DNA of 64,000 nt from Rhizaria sp. SCN 62-66 (lineage: Eukaryota), in the NCBI GenBank assembly GCA_001724265.1, contig MEDY01000018.1, forward strand, positions 62,001-126,000, read 5' to 3'. The position numbers were made by a program, and so were the translations under genes. This document shows, piece by piece, positions 23,400 through 35,200 of the stretch; the stretch's first letter is position 1; every line of letters starts with the position of its first letter. Under the pieces are notes generated by a model that did no database searches, was not told where the DNA came from, and worked only from the letters and a program-made list of their open reading frames with translations.

Positions 23400-26300
23400 A
23401 TGGGGGTCAAACACCTCTTGAAGTTGATGCGAGACTAGGTCACCAGGAAGACTTCAGTCGACTTTACGAAAGCAGCACTTGACGTTGCTCTTATGCATCT
23501 TTTGATCGACATTGTTGGTCGCAAACATGGTATCCGTAACGCTACTTTGAGCTCTAAAGGAGTCCGGTCCGCCTCCTCGTCCTCGCTTGAGTCGCTTGTT
23601 GATCAGCTCAAACGTCTTGAGATCGTCATCGATGCGGCTGGCATTAATGCCGCGCTCTCTGACGAGGTTGACGCGTATGGCATGTTTGCGGGCCCTCCCG
23701 CGGAGCTGTTTGGCCGCGTCATGGACAAGCTCGGCCCTCTCCTCGCGCCCGCATATCTCGTTCGCACCACCGCGACCAAGCGCACGACGACGACGACCAC
23801 CACCACCACCACAGTCGTTGTCAACCCTGACGACTCTGATGGCAACGCCGCCGCCCTCGCGCCTCGGACAACGGTCTCCGCGCCCGTTCTTGTCCGCCCC
23901 GCCTTTGGGCCCGCATACGCAGAGACAACCATCACGACGCGCCGCCGCCTCGCTGACTCCGCACTCGAGTCCGTGACGGTGACCGTGGTGCGCGACAGCC
24001 TGCGCACGCGCTACGTGACGGTACCCGTGGTGCGCTTGCACGCATCGTGGGACGGCGGTGCGGAGCCGCTCAAGGCGAGCACCATGGTCTAGCGCAGGGC
24101 GGAGTCTGCGCGGAAGGCTGCGCAGATACGCCAACTAACGCGCAACCACGCGCTGGCGGCGCGCTATGCGGACTCGATCGCCGCCGCAGCTGCGGACGCA
24201 GTTAGCGCGGCACGGAATAGCAGCAGCAGTAGCGCTAATTTGGACGCAGAGAATGAGAATAACGAGGCTGAGACTCCTGCGGCTCCGATAGTTGCAATCC
24301 GTCCTCAGAGTCTTCCGCCAGCAGGTGCGTCACAGCGCCTGCCGCTCGAGAGCGGGCTCAACACCGAGATTAAGACGGGTCGCGTTAAGGCGTTTAACCG
24401 CGCGGCGCTGGAGCTGGTCCACGCAAGCGGCGGGCGCAACTACCGCGCCGACACCGAGGGCGACGTGCATGCGCTGTATCTCGCGCAAAAGCTTAACGCC
24501 TTCGCCATTATCGTCGACGACTCGGACTTCTTCCTCTGCCCCGACCTGGGGACGACGTTCATCACGAGTCTGTTTGATCTCACTGCAAGCCCTGCGCAGA
24601 GCTCCAGCGGCAATGTGCAGACGTGCATTCTCTCGCCGCCTGAGGGCCATATCGCAGCGAGTGTGCGCGCCGCGGGCTGGCGCAACAACACAACGAGCCG
24701 TGAAGACTGGTCAGACCCTGCTCCTGAGCATGCCGATGTCTCGGTGGTTCTGCGCAACGCCGCTGCCTCGATGGCCACTGCTGGCGCCGACAGTCACGTC
24801 ATCGGACTCATCTGTAATTCCGTCATCGGACAAACACTCAATCGGCAGTTCAAGGATTCTGCGCTGACAACTGACGCTGCAGCAGCAGCGTTTGACGCGA
24901 CTGCGCGCGCTGATACAGCCACGGTTGCCGCCGCGTCTGCTGTGGCGGCTGCCGCCAGCGCGGGCGCCAATGACGCTGAAACGGCGGCTGTGGTTGCTTC
25001 GTTTTCTTTGAAGATTGAGAGCTTTTCTAGCTACGATACGGTTTACCGCGACGATTTCGACGCTTGCGAAAGCAATCCGTCTCCTTTGTATCTTGCTTCC
25101 GGCTTTTCCCGCATTGCGAACAAGCTCAAGAGCGCGAACGGCGGCAGCCCGAGTGGTCCCTGCATCAGTGAGGCTGATGTCTCCGCCTCAGCGGCAGTAT
25201 CCGCAGCCGAGGCGGCGCTGCGTGTCGCTGAGCAATGCTACAGCCTTAAGCGACTCGAACCAGCTGTGTCGCATTCTGAGCAAGCAGCCGCGAACGCGCA
25301 GCGCAGGCCGTACGTGTGCGTGTTAAGCGCGACTGAGTGGGTCGGACACTACACAGCGCATTACACTGCGGCGGCGCAGTCCGCCACGCAGCCATCGGAG
25401 ACGCAGTCAGCCGCTGAGTGGGAGGACTGCAGCCTCGAGGGTGTCGTGACGCGCCCGGCGACCCGGGCCACGCTCGCGGAGGAGGCCAAGCGCGTGCGCG
25501 GTCTGTCGCGCGAGTGGCGCGCCGGCGCAGGCTGCCTCCCCGCACTGGCGCGGTTTCACACCGCAAGCGCTCCGCTAGTGACCGCGCCGAGCTTTAGCTT
25601 CGATACGATGCGCGCGTTCGCGCAGAAAGAGCTCGAGGCGACGCTGATGCAATGCCATCTGCCGATGATTGGCGTCATTTGCGGCAATGACATGATTCGC
25701 AGCAAGGCGCTTCGCTCTTTGATGTGGCGATATAACACATTCCGTTCTGACATGTACGTCGTAAAATCGGGCCCGTCTTTCTCTTTCTTGTCCTTATTTG
25801 CCTGATTTCGTATTAATGAATCTTGTATTTTCGCTTAGCCTCACGTCTCTGTTTGCTTAATATGCTTGTGTTGTATTAACAGTGAGAAGAAAAACAAGCT
25901 TGCCAAGGGTCTCAAGATTGCGCTGCAGTTCAACATTGCGATGCAACCTCCTCCTGAAGTCGAAGAGGAATATGATCCTTCTAAAGACATCAAAGTTACG
26001 ATGAAGCTGTTATCGCAATTGTACACCAGTCTTGAAAGCATCCACAATGCTCGTCATAGCTCTAACTCGACTGCGTCTCAGCCCTCACAGCCCGCGCCCG
26101 TATGCCGTTTCGCACTGCAGTCAGCCGACCTGCGCTCCGCCGCGCAGCTTGCCAGCGCGACTGCGCAGCTGCCGCGCGAGGCCGTGATGGCGCTGATGCT
26201 CGTGACGGAGATGTTCACGCATGTTGTCGCCGGCGGCAGCTGCGAGTCTGTGCTCGACGGCTGCCGCGCCGCGCCCGCCGCCTGGACCGACCCGTGGAAG

Positions 26301-29300
26301 GCGCAGTGCCCCGCAGACTACGCTGACGGCAAGACCACCAAGAAGAAGAGGAGCAAGCGAAAGAACGTCGACTACATCCACCTGGACGCCGTTACGCTGC
26401 TCGAGGGCTCGCCAGTCGACACGTTGATCCAGGCGCTGCAGGCACTTAACGCGCGCACGCTGGACTACGCGACCGTGCGCGCGCAGCTCGCGCCGCAGGA
26501 CCGCTTCCGGTTCCTGACCACGCAGTGCGACTACCTGCTCGCGGGTGCGTTTCCCGCGCCGACTGCAGCCAACAACAATCACAACGACGCTGCTGCGGAT
26601 TCTGAGGCTGACGACGACGCGGATGGTAAGACTAACGCCAACGCCGTCTCCGTGCGCCTGTCGCAGGCGCCTGAGTGGGAACGTCCTGACTTGAGCGAGC
26701 ACGCAGCGGCTATTTCGCGCCTGATGCGGCTTGATGCTCTGCAATTTCTCTACGCAGCTGTGGGGCGCGAGAGTTGGGACACGTTCACGGACAAGCCTCT
26801 TGCTCTCACGCTGCCGACGGCGGAAACTGCTGCCACTGAGCTTGTAGCTGCTGCTGATACTACAAACGCAACGGCCCAGACTGCGACTGAGTTTAAGCCC
26901 GCGACTGCAACTGAGCCTCTGCCTGAGACGGCAACTGCGGCGCCCGAAACTGAGCCCGCGATGGTGTCCACAACTGGGGCTATGCCTCCAGTTGAGCCGG
27001 TTAGTGCGTCGACGGTGTCCGACGCCGAAGCGCGCGCTGCGCCCCTGCAGGCCATAGTCGTACCGTTGCTGCAGCTGCCTTACACGTCCGCGCAACACGA
27101 CGTGCTCATGACGCACCCCGTCGTGCTGCAGCGCGAGCGGGCTACGCCGTCGAGCGTTGCCACCGCGGCCGCAGCGCACGCTGACGGCCAACGGGGCGGT
27201 CACTGCCGCGCGCTTGCCACGGCCGCCCTGGGCGCGCCCGCCGCGCCGGCCACTGCGGCGGAGACGCTCGACGGCGCCGCAGCGGCGTGGGGCGCGGGCG
27301 ACGCCGTGCGGCAGTGGGCGCCCGTTGCGGCCCCGCTATACCCGCGTCTGCTGGACGATATCATGATGCGCGCGGTGTGGCAGGGAACGATCATGTCGGA
27401 CAATCAGGCGGCAAACTACGCATGCCCGCGTCTGCCTGCGCTCTATTTTGACTGCGCGCTTGATGTTATCACAGTCTGCAAGGTCGCCGCTGTTAAGAAG
27501 GGCGCAGCGGGAGACGCGGCACGCCTAAGTGCTCCTGCCTCCGCAGCTGCTAACGCTGCCCCTTCCGCTGGCACTGCTTCAAGTCCTGCTCTTGAGCGGA
27601 CCGCGTTTCTCAAGTCGCGTCTGTGCAAGTCCCCTGGCATCACGATCTACCACAACTACAACAACGGCCTCAACTGGATGTGCAACGTCTTCTGGCACGG
27701 CGTCGAGCCTCGCTACCGCCACAATCCCGCCGCCCCCACCTCTGCGTCAAGGCTGCTTCTGCGTGCTTTCCCGGACTCTGATGCCTCGCTGCCGCTGTCC
27801 CCAGCGCTGCCGTGGGCGGCCGCCTCAGCAGACACGGGCGCGTTTGAGCTGTCGAATTACGGCCGCACGATGTTCGCGCCCGTGGTTGCGTCGCAGCAGC
27901 TTGGGCCGCGGCTGGGGCGCTCCGATGTGACGACGGCGGCCCCGCCGCGCGCGTGCGGCCACTTCACGCACGACGCAGTCACCATCACAAGCACGCGCCA
28001 GGCCGCGCGACGCGTGCTGCCGCTGCCGCCGGCGCTCAGGGCCGCGCTTGTGGAACTTGAAAGCAGGGAAGCCGCGCTCGCTGTTGCCGAGCGCGCGGCT
28101 GAAGGCGGCCGCTCTTGCGCTGGTGTCGTGTTCCGCTCTGTTGAGTCCGCGGCAGCGGCCAAGGCGATCAGCGAAGACAATGCTGCGGGCAACAACGCCA
28201 GTGCGTTGACTCACTTTGACGCCTTAGTGCTGAAGCTGATGCTTGACTTGCAAGCCAAGTACTCGCTTCCCGTCAGCTTCACTAACAGTTCCGTTTCTTG
28301 CACCGCGGCCACGAGCTCGCTGTCACATGGCGGCGGTGCGTCAACGCATTCTGCGCTGGAATATGCGCATCAATCCAGTGTTCGCCTTCTGCGCCGCACT
28401 GGCATGTCGCTCACGCTGCTGCTCGCTGAGGGCGCTTTCGCGGCTGACGACAGCTCCGCTGACGAGGATGACGGTGATGCCTTCGCTGCCATGGTCGCGC
28501 TCGATGCACCCGACGCCGCCGCGTACCCGTGGCTGCCGCGCTGGGCCCGCCTCACGCCCGCGGCGCCGCTCTTGGGCTGCGCCGCCGTGCCGCACCTGTC
28601 GCTGGCGCGCGAGCCCTTTTGGCTGCCGCACCTCTCCGCGCTGCGCCGGCTCTATCGCGGCGCCCTGGAGCGCGCCACGTTCGCCGTCGACGAGGGCCAC
28701 CGCGTCACTGCTCTAATGGCTGACGCGTACACCGAGATCGAAGACGGCGCTTCACCCACTGGCGTCTTAGTCGCTTGCACTGTCCCGGCGCGCGCGAGGC
28801 TGGCGGCGCTGTTTGACGCAATGCTGCTCAATACGGTTCTCGCAGTCCGCGTCGCTCAGGCCGCCGCTGGCACTCTCCGTCTGCGCTACCGCAGTCGCGT
28901 CACTGCACCTGACGCAGGGTTGAAGAGCGCATGCTGTTGCACTGGACTCACGTTCTGCCCCGCGGCGCTGGTGACGCACACGCTGGCCGAAGGGGCTTTG
29001 ACTAGCCTCGCCGCGACTGCGCCCACGCCGTTTGGCTGCCGCGCCGCTGCTTCTGCGCATGGCTCTGGTCCCGCGCCGTGGGTCACTGACGCGCTCTTCT
29101 CGCTCTTAGCCCCGCACGATACCAGCGCTGGCGGTGACAGCTGTGACAGCGGCGATCTGACGACTGATGACAAGCCCGCGCGTCTCGCCGCGATTTCTGC
29201 CGCTGCGGCACAGATGCTTAAGGCAGAGCACGAGTACCCTGAATGGATGCCTGGGATGGCGCCTCAGCTTCCCGCTGCTCCTCCCATCATTCCCAGTAGC

Positions 29301-30554
29301 AACAACAAAGTTAACGACGGCAGTGACGACGACGCCAACGACGAATATGATGATTTCTACGACTGCATCCCTAAGGACACCCCGGCTGTCCCTGAGCCCG
29401 GTCCCAGTGACGCTACACCGGTGTCTCTCGCCTCCGCAGCCTCGTCGGTCTGGGTCGACCCTCTGACCGCGCTGAACTCTGCCCAGTGCGCGACGCTGAA
29501 GTGGAGCGACACGCTGCGCTCGATGCTCGTCATGCCGCCGCTTGCCACTGCCAAAGTGTGCGGAGTTGCGTCGACGGACTCGGCCTCAATCGAGGACCCC
29601 TGGACTGAGGGGCTCGGACTGCAGCTCAGCACTGTGGCGGGCACCGGCGCTGGCGACGTGGGTTCGGTTCACATTGCCGCGGGTCTGTTTGGCGGCGAGG
29701 TCCCCACTGGCGACGCGACCCCAATGATGATGCTGCCGACGCCAGAGAGCCTGTTTGCGCAAGTCACTGCGATGCACGCGCGCACGTCCGCCGCTCTCGG
29801 TTCGACACTCTGCAGCGACGATGGCTACGATACTGTGATCTCGCTGACGGATCTGCTGGTGGACGTGTGGCACACATTCGGCGAGCTCCGCCTGCTTTGG
29901 CAGAGTGGGCTCGTGTACCCGCGCGACGGGGATGAGACGCTGCGCGGCTTCCCGCTCCCGCCTGAAACGGAGAAACACGTCGCTGAGGACAAAATGAATA
30001 ACAATAGCGATGCCAATCCCAGTCAATTCTCTGAGTTTGAGTTTGTGGCCTCGAACGCCGTGTTCAGGAGCAGGGAGGCGGCTCTGGCAGTGCACGTGCC
30101 CATCGTGTTCTCGACCTGCTCCAAAAAGAGCGTTCAGGTCGCCAAGGAAGTGCGTCAATCTGCCAACAAAGACCTCCCCGCGTTCGAGCTTAGGATGGCC
30201 CCCGTAGCAAGCCCTACTGTCTTCGCCGATGCTGATGCTGATGGTGACTCGGACGGCACAGGGATGGCGGACGTGGACGCACTGCCGGACGCATCGCTGG
30301 CGGTCGGGTCTGAAGGGTGCGACTGCGCCGCGCCCGTCGTAGTGTGGCGCAACACGGTCGAGCTGCAGCGCTTCCTGCAGTCCGCGACGGAGGAGGTCAA
30401 GGCGGACGGGGCGCAGACCAGCGGGTCCGGGTCTGTGGCGGCCAAGTGGAAGTGGACGACGGTGCTGCAGCTGCAGGGCGCGCCCCCAAAGTTCAAGCAG
30501 GAGGTCGTCGACTTCATCACGTTTATGAATGATACTTACACCGGCACTAGATGA
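23400..30554 (+). CDS. Asteroid/FAM120-like XPG/FEN1-type PIN-domain protein, ~2341 aa. Exons 23400-25753 and 25883-30554; in-frame TAG at 23436-23438 and 24090-24092
   Basis: Family-typical start MGVKHLLKLMRD, then IVIDAAG, WDGGAEPLKASTMVxRR, TEGDVHALYLAQKLNAFAIIVDDSDFFL and LPMIGVICGNDMI in the expected order. GTACGT...CAG intron. Ends TGA. Confidence 0.8.
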
Positions 30555-30655
30555 GAAGTGAGCTTAAGTGTCATTCGTGTGTTTTTATATCAAAGCTAGA
30601 AGAATGATAGGAGGAGGTTCACAATGGTCTGTGTGTGTATGTTTGAGTTTAAACT

Positions 30656-30696
30656 GCAGGTGTAGAAGACTAGGATTTCTAGTCTTCTACATCTGC
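30656..30696. repeat. 18-bp inverted repeat (hairpin) with a 5-nt loop
   Basis: GCAGGTGTAGAAGACTAG-GATTT-CTAGTCTTCTACATCTGC: 17 of 18 pairs are Watson-Crick and one is G:T. It lies between two convergent genes. Confidence 0.9.
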
Positions 30697-30966
30697 TGCG
30701 AAGAAATCATCATTTGTGTTTAGAATATAGAAACAACGTTATCTCTGAAACAAGAGCGTGTATTTGATGATTATTATGATGAATCAAAAAAAATAGATAC
30801 GTATGAACACACCATATATGGCCCGCATACATTCACATTTAATCCCACAGCTGCAGCCACATGCGCGTCGCGTCACTTCACTCGCTTTCAACGCACTTTT
30901 CACAGCATCACTCACGTCTGTCAGAGTGATTGCCGGTTGTTAGGATAAGGAGGCCCAGCGCCGACT

Positions 30967-31743
30967 TCAATCGTCTTTGAGGAGGTCGACGCGCGCCTTG
31001 CCGGTGCTGGTGTCGGGCTTGTCGTCGGGCAGACGGCGGTAACAAGCAGGCCACTTGGAGCCGTGGTTGCGGGTCACCTTCTGACCCTCGCCGGTGCCGC
31101 CGTGGATGGCCTCAAAGCAGGGGTCCGCGTCCTGGAGCTCGGCGTCGGGAATGCGCTCGAAGAGCGGGTGCTCGTCGAGGTGCTGCTTCATCCAAACGTG
31201 CAGGTCCTCGACGTCGGTGATGGTGTAGAGGATGCCGCCCTCCTTAAGCGAGTATGCGTAGAAGTCCAGGAACGAGGGGTTGATAACGCGGAGACGGTAC
31301 TTAGAGCGCTTGAAGTGCGGGTCGGGGAAAAGGAAGAACATCTTGTCGAGCTGGCCCTTGTTGAAGTAGTTGGGGCAGAACTTCATGATGTTGGAACGAA
31401 TGCACGAGATGTTGTTGAACTTGGCGATCTCGCCCTCGCCAAGCTTGTCCGCGGCGTGCTTGGCGCGCGCAACCTCGATAGAATGGTTGACAATGTCAGC
31501 GACGCGGTCGCGGATCTCGATTCCCACGATCAGCTCGTTGGGGTAGAGGGGAGCGAGGGTGTGGAGCAGACCGCCGAAACCGCAGCCGATGTCGGCGAAA
31601 GTGACCTGCTTGGTGCTCTCATCGGTGATCCAGCCGGGGAAAGCGGCCGCCCAGTCGTAGGAATCAGGGGTAGCGGGAGGGAAGATGTCGCTCGTCGCGA
31701 GAGGGTTGGCGTGGGCGCGAATGCGCTTCTTGCTGCTGCTCAT
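30967..31743 (-). CDS. METTL1: tRNA (guanine-N7)-methyltransferase catalytic subunit (Trm8/METTL1), 258 aa
   Basis: RAHANPL, FADIGCGFGGLL, GIEIR, NIMKFCPNYFNKGQLDKMFFLFPDPHFKR, YTITDVEDLHVWM, TGEGQKVTRN. Ends TGA. Confidence 0.95.
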   Translation of the reverse strand: MSSSKKRIRAHANPLATSDIFPPATPDSYDWAAAFPGWITDESTKQVTFADIGCGFGGLLHTLAPLYPNELIVGIEIRDRVADIVNHSIEVARAKHAADKLGEGEIAKFNNISCIRSNIMKFCPNYFNKGQLDKMFFLFPDPHFKRSKYRLRVINPSFLDFYAYSLKEGGILYTITDVEDLHVWMKQHLDEHPLFERIPDAELQDADPCFEAIHGGTGEGQKVTRNHGSKWPACYRRLPDDKPDTSTGKARVDLLKDD

Positions 31744-32267
31744 CGAAAGAGGAACAGGGCCTAAGAATGCGTGGGGTCATACAGAACCATGTGATTAAAT
31801 TGGTGAGCTTAAACAAAATTGAATAGGTACATGCGTACTGCTAATCTTTAATGAAACCTGTTGCATTTCCAAATGACGGATTCCAAAGATAGGACTTCTC
31901 CTCGCATTCTTGCCTCTCGCGACAACTCCGCTCGCACGACTGTGCGGCAAAATTGCCCCAGCCAGCCTCGCCCACAGCACAATGACAGCAACTGCTTGTG
32001 AACAAGTCGTTTGGAACATGTAGTACAATATATTCTTTGATCTCTGCCGTATTAACTTAAAAATGAGTTTAAATTAACGTGGTCTATTTACAAACTGTAT
32101 TATTTTTTTCGTAGGCTAACATCTTTAAACAACGTATTGTGCTTTTGTTCTGGTGCAGTGCAATCTTTCAACGGTTAAGTACCTCTCACAAACCATCACC
32201 TAGCTCTCTGTAGCACGCTAGCGTCAACTGCAAATAGTAATATACAGCTTTTTTAAGTGTTTTCAAC

Positions 32268-35200
32268 ATGAGTCACCACTCTAAAGGTGACTCACCTGCT
32301 GAAAAGGGCGCCCAGCATGAGACGGAGTTACAGAGCTCTCTTCACGCTACCATGGCCACCAGCACTGCAGGCCAATCAGCCCTAGCAGCCGAGCTTGTCC
32401 CAAGGCAACACAGCGCCAACATTGCAGCTACCCAAAATCTTGCTGTTTAGAGCGGCGCAGTGGCCGCGCCCGAAGCCAACACTGGTGACGACAGCAAGCC
32501 GTCGCTTTCTCCTCTCTCGCCAGTCCCGGTCACTGCTACCGTCACAACGCGCAGCAACAACAGTAGCAACGTGATTGCAACCACAAGCAACTGCAACAGT
32601 CCGTACAATAGCCGGTCAGGGGGCCTCCGCGTTGACCTGAGCGACTTTGGATTTCACACTAGTCGTGACAGTGCGACTGCAGCTGCTGCTGTTGCTGCAG
32701 GCGCTGGCGCTGATGCCCGTGCGAACGATGGCACTGCTGTTGGTGTAGCGAGCAGCAGCACGAGTAGCGTGGTTGTGGCGACAATGGCGCAGGCTCCGTC
32801 AACATGCATCCTTGCGCCCCCTCCTGAGCCTGGCCGCTTTACTGACACTGAGAGTGCCAGAGATACTACGACTAACATTGCAAACAGCAGTGGCGCCGCG
32901 GCAGACGGCAACGACGTAAGCAGCAATACGCGTGACAGTCTTGCTCGCAACCTTGGCGGGACAGACGTGGACATCGGTTTTTTTAACCATGGTGATCGTC
33001 TCACAGTCGCTCCAAGCCACGGCTACAGACCAAATGACGGTCTCCGTGGCAACAACAACAACATCGCAAGTAGTGTTGCAAGCGGCAGTGACGTATCAAG
33101 CGTCGCCCCCGCCCCGATTGTTCTGCACACGCGGTCTGTCCCCGTAACAATGACTATGGGCGGAAGCAGTAGTCATGGGAACAGCGGCAGCAGCAGGGGC
33201 AACGGTGCTGGAGGCACTATCGGTAGCGCATTTGCTGGAAGCAACTCCGGGACAAGTTTGGCTGGCACAAGGACTCTGTTCACCCGACCGCTCCCGGCAA
33301 CTCCAGCACCATCGCTATCGATGTCACAGTCATTGCGCTTGGCACAACTTCCCGAGGAATGCGACTTTGCTGCGGATGTCATCAATGGCTTCCAAGCGAT
33401 GCAAATGTGCAACGATAACAGCTATATCACGACTGCTCTCGGCGACGATACCCTCACGCGCGCACTCAACGCCACAAATAACAGTAGCCGTGATCCGACT
33501 AATTCCGTGGGCGTCAGCATCATCGCTGATTCAGCTGGGCTCTTCAACCAACAGAGTCAAGCAAACGCGAACCCCCACACTCTTGCGAACGCATATGCTC
33601 CAAGTGCAAGTGTGGCAAGAAACACCCTTGCTACACATAACAGTGGCGGCGAAAGTGAGAAAAAACAAGCGCAAAACAACGACGCCCGTGTCGACGAGCT
33701 TGATAGCAGTGGAAGTGAGAGCAGCACAAACACAAAGACTCGTGATACTAGGATCATCTCGGGCATCATTACTTCAGACCTACACAATCCGCAAACTAGC
33801 AGTAACGCTAATACGACAGCGCACAATGATATTGTGTTGCAAGAGCAAAAGCAGCAACAACAAGAGTATGCACTGCTGCAGCGTCAGATTGCTCTAACTC
33901 AGCTAAACAGAAGGCCAACGCAGTTGTTCAACACCTCGCACAACAGCAGCACCCAGTCACAATCGGCAGTGCCAACGCCAACCTTGCCACGCGCACGCGC
34001 ACTCTCCAACGCACACGGCATTGTCTCGGGCGCAAACAACACCAATACCAACGGCTGCGTTTACATCGACAACAATACTGCAAACGGCTCAACATCTAGC
34101 AGTGGTGCGAATAACAGCGCTAATAGTACAAAATGTGGCAGCAGAGTAAGGTGGGGCCGCTCTGTGACTGCAGCGCCAACTCCGGTCGACACCCCGACAG
34201 CTCTAACACCAACTGTAATCACCCCGCATCTTCTCAACCAGTACTACAACACACCTGACGTGTCCACAGCTGCTGAGCATTTGCCTGCGACTGGTAGAAT
34301 TCCCGCAGTCATTACTGTTGTTCCGAGCGCTCACTCACCTGCTGCCATAAGTCAGTTCCAGCTTCCGCCGCCACCTCAGTCGCCCTCAGTACACGCAAAG
34401 TCTTCCGCAACATCTTAGAACAACTTGCGTGTTACGAGTGAAAGCGGTGCAAACACTGAAACTGGCAACAGAAGCTCTACCAGCACAAGTAGCAGTTTGA
34501 ACAACGATTGCATCGGCAGTGACAGCGGTAATTGTGTCGCCAGCGGTTTCAATGCTGCTAACAACAGCTCGAAAAGGGTGACAACTGTGACTGCAGAGCC
34601 AGTCTTAGCTGATGTTGCTTCAGTGCCCGATGCAGCGGTTGTACCAGCCATTGTAAAGCTAAAGCACACACGCTATAGCTTTGGTATTGCTGACAGCTCA
34701 AACAGTGATGGTGGCAACAGCAACATGAGTGCGTCGACCTTTAACAATGCCAACACCAAGAACGATCCAAAGCCGAGTAAGAAGCTGATGCCGTTCTTTC
34801 GTCGCGTGAATGTTGACCCAAGCAGCAATGTGACCGCAGCAGCAGCAACCACTGATGAACCAACGTCTGGTGCTACTGCACCTGAAGTTGCCTGTATTAA
34901 GTCTAACGAAAGCAGCAGTCTGTCACATCTCTTCGGCAACAACCAAAGCGGCGCTGAAGATGTGTCTGAGGTTGCAGATAAGGTTAGCACAAGAGCTATT
35001 TGTCGGGCTATGGCTAATAGCGCTGATAACTGCTGCAGCTCAGATACACAGTCAGTAAGCTTAGTCCAGGCAGGACTCTTGCGTATTCGCACTGCCGCTG
35101 CTACCACGCTTGCAACACTCACAAACAACACGGCCACTGCCGCAAGCAAATCGCTAAGGGTCACTGTCGGCGAACAAAATGATGCAAATTATGCTAGCGG

